64,000 nucleotides of DNA from a virus (lineage: Duplodnaviria; Caudoviricetes): the IMG/VR virus record IMGVR_UViG_3300050821_003608, positions 466 through 64,465 of that record. The stretch is one strand, 5' to 3'. Positions within the stretch are counted from its first letter, which is position 1; every line of letters begins with the position of its first letter. Shown piece after piece: positions 36,843-46,097 of this stretch. A program made the translations under genes and the position numbers. The notes beneath the pieces are model-generated. The model was not told the DNA's origin. It ran no database searches and saw nothing but the letters and a program-made list of their open reading frames with translations.

Positions 36843-38179
36843 ACGAAGAGGTCCAACTCGGCCAAGTCGACTCCGAGATCCAGCTCGTCGGGGAGGAACT
36901 CCCAGTTCCATGTGAGTTCCTCACCGGCAAAGCTGGGAGCGGCAAGACGTATGAGGTGCTCCGCCGCGTGGGGGCGGACCCATCCTACGGGCTGGTCTGC
37001 GCGACCACGGGCATCGCGGCCGTGAACCTAGGCGCCGTGACCATCAACTCGGTGCTCAAGTATTTCGACACTGCGTCGATGCGAGACTCCTACCTCGCCG
37101 GCCACCTCACCCGCGTCCTGCACAAGATCGCCAAGGAGAAGCGTCGCATCATCATCGACGAGGGGTCCATGCTTGAAGCGGAACAGCTTGGCTACCTCTA
37201 TCGTGCGACACAGGAGGCCAATCGCTTCGCCGACGTGAAAGTGCCCCTCGGTATCGTAGTGGTCGGGGACTTCGCCCAGCTCCCTCCGGTGAAGGGCGCC
37301 TGGGCGTTCACCTCCCCGTACTGGGCGGAGTTCGCATCGAACACCACGAGACTCGACAAGGTATGGCGGCAGGGAGAGGGACAGTTCCTCGACGCACTGA
37401 ACTTCGCTCGTGTCGGGGACGGACTGTCCTGCGCCAAGACATTATCTGAGGCCGGGGCGGGATGGAACTCCTCTCGCGACATGGACTTTGAAGGCACGAC
37501 CATCTTGTGCAAGAACGACATGGTGTCGCGGCACAACGACGTGGTGCTCGACCGCGTTCCTGGACCACGCTTCAAAGTAACCTCCGAGCGATGGGGCAAG
37601 CAACGCTCGGAGTGGGGCGAGAATAAACGTACCCACGAGTGGGGCATCCCTCCGTCGTCGGAGTTCAAGCTGGGCGCGTATGTGATGGTGCTGTCCAACA
37701 CGCGCGACTTCAGCATGGTCAACGGGGATTGCGGCTGGGTCCGATCCTACGATCCCGACCTGGAAGTGTTCACGGTCGAACTCATCCGCACCAAGAAGGA
37801 AGTCGTGGTTGGTAGGATCGTGCGTGAGGTCGCCGCGACGGACGAGCCCGAGGGATGGGTGGGAGACGAGTTGGACCGCGACGACGAGGCTGGGTGGCTG
37901 CCACGGCAGCACTATAGACCAAAGGACAAGAAGTACGTGCTGGGGCAGATTCGATATTTCCCGCTGAGGCTGGCCTACGCGTCGACGGTGCACAAGTCGC
38001 AAGGACTCACGCTCGACCGCGTGCAGGTGGACTACCGCGACCGATTCTTCGAGAGTGCGGCCATGGTATACGTCGCGCTCTCGCGGTGCCGGACACTCGA
38101 AGGGTTGCGACTGGTCGGTGGGCCGGACGTGCTGGCGCAAAAGTGTAGGGCGGATGTGAGGGTGATGGCATGGCTCTAG
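36839..38179 (+). CDS. PIF1/RecD-like SF1B helicase
   Basis: TGKAGSGKT, ATTGIAA, IIDEGSM, GDFAQLPPV, LAYASTVHKSQGLTLD, YVALSR. Confidence 0.93.
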   Translation: MNEEVQLGQVDSEIQLVGEELPVPCEFLTGKAGSGKTYEVLRRVGADPSYGLVCATTGIAAVNLGAVTINSVLKYFDTASMRDSYLAGHLTRVLHKIAKEKRRIIIDEGSMLEAEQLGYLYRATQEANRFADVKVPLGIVVVGDFAQLPPVKGAWAFTSPYWAEFASNTTRLDKVWRQGEGQFLDALNFARVGDGLSCAKTLSEAGAGWNSSRDMDFEGTTILCKNDMVSRHNDVVLDRVPGPRFKVTSERWGKQRSEWGENKRTHEWGIPPSSEFKLGAYVMVLSNTRDFSMVNGDCGWVRSYDPDLEVFTVELIRTKKEVVVGRIVREVAATDEPEGWVGDELDRDDEAGWLPRQHYRPKDKKYVLGQIRYFPLRLAYASTVHKSQGLTLDRVQVDYRDRFFESAAMVYVALSRCRTLEGLRLVGGPDVLAQKCRADVRVMAWL

Positions 38180-38355
38180 TGCTGCTCAGGAGACAACTAC
38201 CGGGGAAGCAAGTGGACGTGGCGGTCAACCCGGCCAACGTGGAGTGGGTCCAGCCTTCCGACGAGGGCATGACCGACGTGCGGATGCTGGACGGGATGAA
38301 TCTGTACATCGTCGGCCCGTTCAACGAGGTGTGGAGGGCACTCAATGTCTCTTAA
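38170..38355 (+). CDS. Small hypothetical protein
   Basis: VAVNPANVEWV motif. Confidence 0.6.
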   Translation: MALVLLRRQLPGKQVDVAVNPANVEWVQPSDEGMTDVRMLDGMNLYIVGPFNEVWRALNVS

Positions 38356-38587
38356 TGGATTCCGTTCGCGGGTCCGCTCCTTCTTCCTCGGAACGAAGCA
38401 GGACAAGCCCGTCATTATGACCGAGCACGGCCAAGTCACCGAGTCCATGCGCTTCCAAGCGGCGATGAACATGCGGCTCAAACCGGAGATCAAGGCCGCA
38501 GTCGAGGGACAGCTCGCGAAGGAGCTGGGCAGCTTGGCGAAGGGGATTATGGAGGCGCGGAGGCGCTATCCCGAGGCGTATGACTGA
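38345..38587 (+). CDS. Hypothetical protein
   Basis: Coupled ORF. Confidence 0.6.
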   Translation: MSLNGFRSRVRSFFLGTKQDKPVIMTEHGQVTESMRFQAAMNMRLKPEIKAAVEGQLAKELGSLAKGIMEARRRYPEAYD

Positions 38588-38868
38588 TGAGAGATCAAAT
38601 TGGCAATAGAATTACTGAAAAAGACCTCGTGCGCTGGAACATCCCCGAGGACCTGCTGCACAAGTTGGTCTTCAACGTAGTCCGCGTGAGCGATGGAGGC
38701 ATAGCGACTCCACAGGGGAACACCCCTCCGCTAATCCAGTTGAGCATCACGATTCCCATACACTCGGACACCCCCGAGCCGGTGCTGACGGACTTTGTAT
38801 GTGTGCGCAATCCCGAGAGTGAAGCGTTGCTCGATGCTCTGGCGGGAGTGGGAGGTCGGAAGCAGTGA
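38587..38868 (+). CDS. Hypothetical protein
   Basis: Coupled ORF. Confidence 0.6.
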   Translation: MRDQIGNRITEKDLVRWNIPEDLLHKLVFNVVRVSDGGIATPQGNTPPLIQLSITIPIHSDTPEPVLTDFVCVRNPESEALLDALAGVGGRKQ

Positions 38869-38907
38869 CTCCGAGGTGCAAACCGAATAGTTGTGTTGGA
38901 GCCTTTC

Positions 38908-39312
38908 ATGCCTAGAAAGGGAACGAATCCGTATCGTTCCTCGACTTTTAGACGAAGCTGTCACAGAAAGTCTAGAAGGTTGTATGAGAGAACGTACAAT
39001 ATAAAACTCCCTTACTGGGTTGATGTTCATCATAAGAACGGCGACTACGCTGACATCAGAATAGAAAACCTCGTTGCTCTGGATGAGGCTACTCACAACC
39101 GAGTTCACTTCACCAAGCACTCCGAGCCTATACGATGGAAGCGCCCTGAGCACAAGAAGTATCAAAGAGAATATAAAAAGAGGATTCGGGTTGTGAGGAT
39201 TTGCGCTAGGTGTGGTGCGTCTTTTACGTGCGACAAGTATCACAAGGGTCTATGTTGCTCAGTTGGATGCTATCTGAGAGGAATGTCTCGTGGCAGCTCG
39301 TTCAAAGCCTAA
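38908..39312 (+). CDS. HNH homing endonuclease
   Basis: DVHHKNGDYADIRIENL...HNRVH plus C-terminal CxxC..C; lower GC. Confidence 0.8.
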   Translation: MPRKGTNPYRSSTFRRSCHRKSRRLYERTYNIKLPYWVDVHHKNGDYADIRIENLVALDEATHNRVHFTKHSEPIRWKRPEHKKYQREYKKRIRVVRICARCGASFTCDKYHKGLCCSVGCYLRGMSRGSSFKA

Positions 39313-42300
39313 CTCGTGTATTGGTTGTGTCTGTCACGACATGGGAACGGACTTCTCTGCGATCGAGGGCACGGGCAGCTCGGGGATTATGTTGGTGGGG
39401 GAGGCGTCAGGTGAGCATGAACAACGCGATGGGCTACCGTTTCGACCTCACGCCCCTGCTGGCGGAGTTCTGGAGCGCACTCTTCGGCGCATGGGCCTTG
39501 ATCGTCAGCAATTCTCCATTACTAACGTTGTGCGCTGTCGTCCTCGCAAAAATTGGCTGGAAGGCTCTCCGTGGGAATTTTCGGCTATCAATCATTGTCG
39601 TCCCAACTTGGACGCCGCCATTGCCGAGCGCCGTCCGCGTGTCATCGTCGCGCTCGGAGGGACCGCGCTCAGGGAATTGACGGGAATGGCCGGGGAGGCG
39701 CAGGGGATTTCTCACTTGGCTGGCTATGTGTTGCCCCTCGCGATTCCTACGATGATTCCCTGTTCGGAGCCAGCAGAGTTGGATGGGAAGCACCATCCTA
39801 ATTGTTTCATCTGTGGGGGGTCGGGATTCATCGGAGGGCGTGGAGCTGGGACCATCCCAGTGATTGGAGACTTCCACCCCTCCTTCCTGCGCCACGGGAA
39901 GATGGCCCTCGGCGGGGTGTTCGCCCGCATCCTCCAGCGCGCCACCAATATCGCGAAGGGATTGGATAGGGAGTGGCTGTGGGGAGTGGACCCACGAGAC
40001 CATTCCACTTGGGGGAAAAAGCAGTACGTAATTCATCCGTCCGTGGATGACGCACGAGCCCTACGGAACCGCGTCTACGACAATCAGAATATTCCCGTGG
40101 CAGAGGACATCGAGACTCCCGAGTCTGCCTCTATGGACGAAGACGCCCGAGACGGATACAAAGACACGGAGATCCGCCAGATTCAATTCAGCATGGGCAA
40201 GGGCGAGGGGATGGCCTTTCCGTGGGAGGAGCCGTTCCGGTCCATCGCTTCGGAGATTATGCACTCTCCTAACCCGAAGTATGGGCACAACTGGGACAAC
40301 TACGACCACAAAGTTCTGCGAGCGGCGGCAGCCCGTGAGGGGTGGAGTTATGCCCCCACAGTTCGGGTTCTGGACACTCTGGACTTATTCCATCATTGGC
40401 AGCCCGACCTTCCGGCGCATCTCCAGTTTGCCTGTAACTTTATCTCGTTCCCCTTTCCTTGGAAGCACCTGCATACGCTAGAGAACGAGCCTTTCTATGG
40501 CTGTGTGGACGTAGACTCGGACTGGCAGCTCGGGGAGATGCTCATTAGGACGTTGAAGCGCGACGACATGTACGGGTTCGCTCAGTCGTCGATTGGGTAC
40601 ATAGGGCAGGTCTATGAGGTCCGCCCGGTCCTCGCCGCGATGGAGGACCGCGGGATGCCCATCGACGACGCTGCGAGGCTGGCGCTCGACGTGGAGTTTG
40701 AGATTGCCCAGCGCGAGTTGGGCACAGAGCTGGCGAAGCTGGCGCCCAGACAGTGCGGAAGACTCCAGCCCAAGGAGGGATACAAAGGGGTTCCTCCAGA
40801 GATGAAGCCGTGGATTAACACTCCACAGTTACAGGAGGAGATGGACCGCCCGAGGCTTGACGACAGGGAATACTACCACTACGCGATTTACGACTTCCCC
40901 GTGGCAATCAGAGGAGCCAACGATGAGCTAGCTATCGAGAAGGTGGACCGCTGGGTCCGCGTCTACGACTTCAACCCGAACTCTCGGCCGCAAATCATCA
41001 ACTACATGAAGGCCAAGGGCCACCCGGTCCCCAAGTCGAAGGAAGAAGACTCCGAGGGCAATGCGAAGGAGACCACTGCGGCGAAGGAGCTGATGCGCCT
41101 CGCCGCGAAGACGGGGGACGACTTCTATCTCAAGTGCAATCAGTACAAGGGATATACGAAGATGCGCGGCACCTACGTCGCGGGATTCATCCCCGGCGAG
41201 GACGGCTGCGTACACACGACCTTCACCTTCGACACCGGAATTGGGCAGCTATCTTCCAGAAATCCTAATATCCAGAACTTCCCCAAGCTGAAGCCTACCC
41301 CCGCGATCGCCAAGTCCATGCGCAAGATGGTCGCGGCCAAGCCGGGGCACGTACTGACGGAGTGGGACTTCAAATCCTGCCACGTCATCACGCTCGGCTT
41401 CCTGGCCGAAGACCTGAACTACATGAGACTGGGGAGATTGGACATCCACTCGTTCGTCGCCGGCCACTTTCTCGGCCACTGGGATGGACTGAAGATATTC
41501 GGCGAGACCGACGAGGAGTTGCTGGCCCGATTCAAATGGCTGAAATCGGACGAAGTAAGAAGGACGGTGCGCGATGACCAAGCCAAGCATGGGATACTTG
41601 GTATTGGTAACGGGCTCAAAGCGAAGGGTCTTTACGAACGCTACATGGAATCGTTTCCTCCAACGCCATGCCAGGTCTGCGCTGGAACGGGCAAGGTTGC
41701 AGGCGTCCGTGGGCCTAAGAAGTGCGCGTCGTGTCAAGGAATAGGGAAGGTCCCCGGCCAGCGAGTCGCCGAGCGCGTCCTCGAAGTGTGCGAATCCCTC
41801 TTCCCGAACGTCTTCGCCTACCAGAAGCGGGAAGTGAAACAAGCACACGAGCAGCAATTCCTCAAGACCGACTTCGGGCATATTCGCCGCTTCTACGAGG
41901 TGTTCCGCTGGGACCATCGCCGTGGCGACTGGGGGCCGGGTGACCAGCATGAGGAGGCAGTGGCGTTCCGCCTTGCGAACATCGCGTTCGGGCATATACG
42001 GGAGAAGCTCAAACAGTTGCACTACTCGGGGCTGGCCGAGCGATGGGGACTTTTCAACAACGTACATGATAGCTTCCTCTTTAATTTCCCCGAGAGTCAG
42101 TTAGAGGAGCATGTCGCCGAGGTCTACCCTGTCCTCGTCGAACCATCGAAGGTGCTGCGTCATCCAACGATATGCCCTGACGGACTGGTGATCGGTGTCG
42201 AAGGCGCGTGGGGCAGGACGTGGGCCGACATGCAGGAGATCAAGGTCGGGGTCAGTGCGGCATCCTCCAGCCATGAGCCGGAGGTATCTCGTGACGCGCA

Positions 42301-42361
42301 CACGTCTCAAAGCGCGGATCTGGCAACTGCGCGAATGGGAACCGATAGGGGAACGCTGTGA
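39290..42361 (+). CDS. Family A DNA polymerase with N-terminal family-4 uracil-DNA glycosylase-like domain (SPO1-type architecture)
   Basis: UDG motifs GEASG..E..GLPF, TNVVRCRP, HPSF; exonuclease DIET, GHN..YD, Y...D; LSSRNPNIQNFP; motif C VHDS. Confidence 0.92.
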   Translation: MAARSKPNSCIGCVCHDMGTDFSAIEGTGSSGIMLVGEASGEHEQRDGLPFRPHAPAGGVLERTLRRMGLDRQQFSITNVVRCRPRKNWLEGSPWEFSAINHCRPNLDAAIAERRPRVIVALGGTALRELTGMAGEAQGISHLAGYVLPLAIPTMIPCSEPAELDGKHHPNCFICGGSGFIGGRGAGTIPVIGDFHPSFLRHGKMALGGVFARILQRATNIAKGLDREWLWGVDPRDHSTWGKKQYVIHPSVDDARALRNRVYDNQNIPVAEDIETPESASMDEDARDGYKDTEIRQIQFSMGKGEGMAFPWEEPFRSIASEIMHSPNPKYGHNWDNYDHKVLRAAAAREGWSYAPTVRVLDTLDLFHHWQPDLPAHLQFACNFISFPFPWKHLHTLENEPFYGCVDVDSDWQLGEMLIRTLKRDDMYGFAQSSIGYIGQVYEVRPVLAAMEDRGMPIDDAARLALDVEFEIAQRELGTELAKLAPRQCGRLQPKEGYKGVPPEMKPWINTPQLQEEMDRPRLDDREYYHYAIYDFPVAIRGANDELAIEKVDRWVRVYDFNPNSRPQIINYMKAKGHPVPKSKEEDSEGNAKETTAAKELMRLAAKTGDDFYLKCNQYKGYTKMRGTYVAGFIPGEDGCVHTTFTFDTGIGQLSSRNPNIQNFPKLKPTPAIAKSMRKMVAAKPGHVLTEWDFKSCHVITLGFLAEDLNYMRLGRLDIHSFVAGHFLGHWDGLKIFGETDEELLARFKWLKSDEVRRTVRDDQAKHGILGIGNGLKAKGLYERYMESFPPTPCQVCAGTGKVAGVRGPKKCASCQGIGKVPGQRVAERVLEVCESLFPNVFAYQKREVKQAHEQQFLKTDFGHIRRFYEVFRWDHRRGDWGPGDQHEEAVAFRLANIAFGHIREKLKQLHYSGLAERWGLFNNVHDSFLFNFPESQLEEHVAEVYPVLVEPSKVLRHPTICPDGLVIGVEGAWGRTWADMQEIKVGVSAASSSHEPEVSRDAHTSQSADLATARMGTDRGTL

Positions 42362-42445
42362 GGGCGAAGTCCGGTCGGTTCCTCGCTCTGGTGAGACTGA
42401 GTGAGAGCGCACCCCTGACCGGGCGCGGAGAGGACAGGAGGAGGA

Positions 42446-43459
42446 GTGATGAACCTGAACACTAAATTCACGCGCGGACAACTCGGCGGGTTCGCTGCGG
42501 AATTGCAGGCCATCAGTGCCAAGATTGGCTTTAAGGTTTCCGCTCGCGGTTGGTGCTATCTCTTAGAGCAATCTCGGTTAATCAACAAGGACCAGTTCGA
42601 CAAAGTGGAAGGCGTTATTAATCGTTGCCGTCGCCTAGGGATTCTGCCGGTTGATTTTATCGCTGAGGAAGATGCGCGGGCATTTCATGGCGTTGAAACT
42701 AAGAGCGATGGGACAGTGGAAGATACGCTGAAATGGATGCTGAAAGACGTTCTTGACGGCCATCGGTACTACACTCCCGATTGGTGGGACGGCGAGAAGT
42801 TCTACATTCAGATGCTAGTCGAAAAGATTGACCTCAAGACCCTCTTCGAGCCTGTGTGCTCGCAGTATCATATTCCCATCGCCAACTCGAAGGGATGGTC
42901 CTCGATTCTCCAGCGAGCGGAGTATGCAAGGAGATTCAGCGAGGCTGAAGACCGTGGCTTGCGGTGCGCGCTGTTGTATTGCGGGGACCACGACCCGGAC
43001 GGACTGCGAATATCGAGCACGCTGCGAGCTAACTTAGAGCAAATCACCGACATCGAATGGGACGATGGAACGCGCGGTTACGACCCAGTGAACCTTGAGA
43101 TTCGACGCTTCGGGTTGAACTACGATTTCATTGCCGAGCGTGGCTACGCTTGGATTGATAACCTCATCACAGGTTCTGGCAAGAATCTGGCCAGTCCGTC
43201 GCACCCTAATTTCCGCCTGCCCTACCTTCAACAATATCTGAAAACGATAGGCGCTCGTAAGTGCGAGGCCAACGCGATTGTTACGACCCCCGATGCCGCG
43301 CGAACGTTGTGTAGGCAAGCGATAGAGTCGCTGATTGGTACGGGAGCGAGAAACCGTTTTGCCGTGAAGCGCGAATTGGTAAAGCAAGATTACGCGGCAG
43401 TGCTGGCAAAGTCGGGACTGTCTAAGGCTATATCGAAGGCGCTGAAAAATGGAGCGTAA
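42446..43459 (+). CDS. Topoisomerase VI-A/Spo11-like WHD plus TOPRIM protein
   Basis: SARGWCYLL, LVEKIDL, SKGWSS, GDHDPDG, EANAI. Confidence 0.75.
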   Translation: MMNLNTKFTRGQLGGFAAELQAISAKIGFKVSARGWCYLLEQSRLINKDQFDKVEGVINRCRRLGILPVDFIAEEDARAFHGVETKSDGTVEDTLKWMLKDVLDGHRYYTPDWWDGEKFYIQMLVEKIDLKTLFEPVCSQYHIPIANSKGWSSILQRAEYARRFSEAEDRGLRCALLYCGDHDPDGLRISSTLRANLEQITDIEWDDGTRGYDPVNLEIRRFGLNYDFIAERGYAWIDNLITGSGKNLASPSHPNFRLPYLQQYLKTIGARKCEANAIVTTPDAARTLCRQAIESLIGTGARNRFAVKRELVKQDYAAVLAKSGLSKAISKALKNGA

Positions 43460-43751
43460 ACGCATGACCCCCTCGAAACGGCAGCGGCGGAGCGGGGGCC
43501 AGGTGCAGCTAGTGGATACGTTGTACGGTTGCGTTTGCGGCCACTCTTGGTGGTCGATGCGTAATCCCCGGCGTTGCCCCAGGTGTAGGAGGATGCGCCA
43601 AACGAAGCTACAGAAGGCGGTCCTCCAAGCAGTGCAAGTCGAGAGCGATTGGTGGCACAAGGAATGGCACAACGCTACGGGAATTCCTTGCGATGGCGTT
43701 TCCGAGTACTGCCCGCTGGTGCGCCGCGAAAGGTCGGCCAAGCATGGGTGA
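43449..43751 (+). CDS. Zinc-ribbon protein
   Basis: CVCGHSW....PRRCPRC. Confidence 0.6.
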   Translation: MERKRMTPSKRQRRSGGQVQLVDTLYGCVCGHSWWSMRNPRRCPRCRRMRQTKLQKAVLQAVQVESDWWHKEWHNATGIPCDGVSEYCPLVRRERSAKHG

Positions 43752-44316
43752 GCGAGTGACGACGTTGAGCGATTGCCGAAAGTACCGCTACACGCTTTGG
43801 CGCGACTGGCCGATGTCAGATGGTGAGGAGCGTCAAGGGTTCGACCGCGAGCGCGCTTACGCGATGTTTATTGGCCTGAATCCGTCTACCGCCGACGAAG
43901 TGGAGGACGACCCAACGATACGTCGCTGCATAGGTTTCGCAAAGTCTTGGGGCTACGGAGCGTTGTGCATGACGAATCTGTTTGCTTTCCGTGCGACGAA
44001 TCCCAAGGAACTGTACCGCAACAGCAACGTTGTGGGCGCAGAAAACGATGAGTGGATTAAGCGATGCGCCAAAGGCGCGTGCGTTGTCGTGGCCGCATGG
44101 GGTAAGGATGGAGACCACCTATACCGAGACCAAGACGTGCCTTACATGCTGGCGCAGTTAGAAGGATTTCCGAGCGAGCGGTTCAAATGTTTCGGACGTA
44201 ACAAGGATGGGTCACCGAAGCATCCGCTTTACTTGGCGAAGACCACGCCACTGATTCCATTTTGGCAGATGTGCGGCCCGCGCCGCAGGCGGAGAAGGGA
44301 ACGAAATGAGGACTAA
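43744..44316 (+). CDS. DUF1643 family protein
   Basis: YRYTLWR, FIGLNPSTADE..DDPTIRRC, NLFAFRATNP, PKHPLY. Confidence 0.9.
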   Translation: MGERVTTLSDCRKYRYTLWRDWPMSDGEERQGFDRERAYAMFIGLNPSTADEVEDDPTIRRCIGFAKSWGYGALCMTNLFAFRATNPKELYRNSNVVGAENDEWIKRCAKGACVVVAAWGKDGDHLYRDQDVPYMLAQLEGFPSERFKCFGRNKDGSPKHPLYLAKTTPLIPFWQMCGPRRRRRRERNED

Positions 44317-44506
44317 AAAGGTAAGCCGAGTATTCTGCCCGCAACTTCCGTGTCAAGGGGCTGCGCATTTCAATGTAAGCGTTCGGGTCGGTGTAAATGA
44401 GTTCGATGGCTGGAAGCCGGAGCAAATTGCCGCCTTTTTCGCTGGTATTGCTGAAGTGCTCAAGGCTAAAGAGCGGGCGGAGAAGGGAACAGGCGATGGC
44501 AAGTAG
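44306..44506 (+). CDS. Hypothetical protein
   Basis: WKPEQIAAFFAGIAEVL. Confidence 0.55.
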   Translation: MRTKKVSRVFCPQLPCQGAAHFNVSVRVGVNEFDGWKPEQIAAFFAGIAEVLKAKERAEKGTGDGK

Positions 44507-44966
44507 TATCATGATCCGTTTCGTCAGCGGCAAGGGCCTAGACTCCAAGCTCATCGAATGGTACTCCCGTTGTCGTTGGTCCCACGTCGAGTTCGTCAGC
44601 GACGGCTGTACCTTCGGCGCACAGCTACGTGGTGGGTTGAAGTGGCGGACGCTCGACGATCCTTGCTACCGCCACGCCAGCGCGTTCGAGACTTGGACTA
44701 TCCCAGTTACCGACGACCAGTACATCGATTTCATCCGCATGATCGACGCCGCTATCGACGCTCGCTACGACTGGAAGGCCATCGTCTCCTTCGTGCTGGG
44801 ACCGTGGCGCTGGCACACCAAGGGGGCGTGGATTTGTTCTAGCTTCGTCGCCGGAATGCTTCAATCGCTTCAATTATTGCCGAGGGTTATGTGGGCCGAG
44901 ATGTACGACCCACGAGACATCTACCTCGTCGTCCAGCAGATTCCCAGTGTATCCAAGGTCGGCTAA
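44496..44966 (+). CDS. Permuted papain-like amidase (NlpC/P60, YiiX-like)
   Basis: WSHVEF...YDW...WICS (His before Cys). Confidence 0.8.
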   Translation: MASSIMIRFVSGKGLDSKLIEWYSRCRWSHVEFVSDGCTFGAQLRGGLKWRTLDDPCYRHASAFETWTIPVTDDQYIDFIRMIDAAIDARYDWKAIVSFVLGPWRWHTKGAWICSSFVAGMLQSLQLLPRVMWAEMYDPRDIYLVVQQIPSVSKVG

Positions 44967-45005
44967 GTAGTAGTATCATTCGCACGTCAAAGGAGAATCG
45001 ACTCA

Positions 45006-45635
45006 ATGAAACAAGTAACTCGCTACGTATCTCGGGGCCTTCTCGCAATCACTCTCTCGCTTGCTCTCATCGTCGCTGGCTGCCCACCGTTTGCTACGGT
45101 GATGCAGAAGTTAAAACAGTACGTCCCCATCGGCCTGCAAGCCTTCGCCGGCGTCGTCGCCATCATCAATCCTCCCGTCGGATCGGCCCTCGCGCTCGCG
45201 GCTCCCTTGGTCAACAAGGCATGGTCGGACCTCAGCTCCACTATCGACGCCTACAACGCGGCCCCGGCCGCCGACAAGTCCTCCGCGCTGGGAGCGACCC
45301 TGACCGCGCTCGACGCGCTCGAAGCCAATCTAAAACAGTCGGTGACTGACCTTGGAGGGAATCCCTCGTCGCCCGAAGTGCAGGCAGCTCAGGCCGCCTT
45401 GCTACTTCTCACGACTACCCTGACGGCGATTGAGTCACAGCTCGTGCCTCCGCAAGCACCTCCGGCCTTGGTCATCGCCCATGCTCATGCGCGCATCGCT
45501 ATGGCACAGGGGCCACGCACAGTGATGGTCGCCCACGACTCCATCGTCCTCGTCCCGGCGAAGTCTCCGTCCGACTTCTGCGCCCAATACAACCGCATCA
45601 TGGCTTCGGCGGGACATCCCGACCGCAGACTCTAA
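45006..45635 (+). CDS. Lipoprotein, possibly spanin-like
   Basis: Lipobox-like LIVAG-C; amphipathic helices; AAGGAG RBS. Confidence 0.65.
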   Translation: MKQVTRYVSRGLLAITLSLALIVAGCPPFATVMQKLKQYVPIGLQAFAGVVAIINPPVGSALALAAPLVNKAWSDLSSTIDAYNAAPAADKSSALGATLTALDALEANLKQSVTDLGGNPSSPEVQAAQAALLLLTTTLTAIESQLVPPQAPPALVIAHAHARIAMAQGPRTVMVAHDSIVLVPAKSPSDFCAQYNRIMASAGHPDRRL

Positions 45636-45644
45636 GGAGTAAGG

Positions 45645-46094
45645 ATGTTCGACCTACACCTGTCCGATCGTGATCGCGAGGAACTCCACGACATCGTGGA
45701 GTCCTTGCGAGAAATCACTTCCCTTTTACGCCGAGCCGTGTTAGGTATATCTGCGACGACAGGGACCATCACACAGATTGGGATTGGAGAACCTATGATT
45801 ATCGGAGTTAAAGTAGGACTGTCAGGTACGTTCCAAGTCACTTGGAACGGCGCAATCAAGCAAGGATCGACCACATGGAAGACTGGCGACCCGAGCGTAA
45901 CTCTCACTGCCAGTCCAGACGGGGACACCACGAAGGTCATTGCTACTGTAGCAACGGGAGAGACGCTGCCCTCCTTCGGACTTACGGCCTCGGCGGTTTC
46001 GTCCGACGGTAGCACCATTACTTCGGATGCGAGCATCCCGGTGCTTGCCAATGTTCCTCCGGCAACTGGCGGGACTATCGACCAGCTCGCCTAG
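45645..46094 (+). CDS. Ig-like protein with N-terminal helix; possible internal start at 45795
   Basis: Beta-sandwich pattern; GGAG 6 nt before an in-frame ATG. Confidence 0.6.
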   Translation: MFDLHLSDRDREELHDIVESLREITSLLRRAVLGISATTGTITQIGIGEPMIIGVKVGLSGTFQVTWNGAIKQGSTTWKTGDPSVTLTASPDGDTTKVIATVATGETLPSFGLTASAVSSDGSTITSDASIPVLANVPPATGGTIDQLA

Positions 46095-46097
46095 ACA

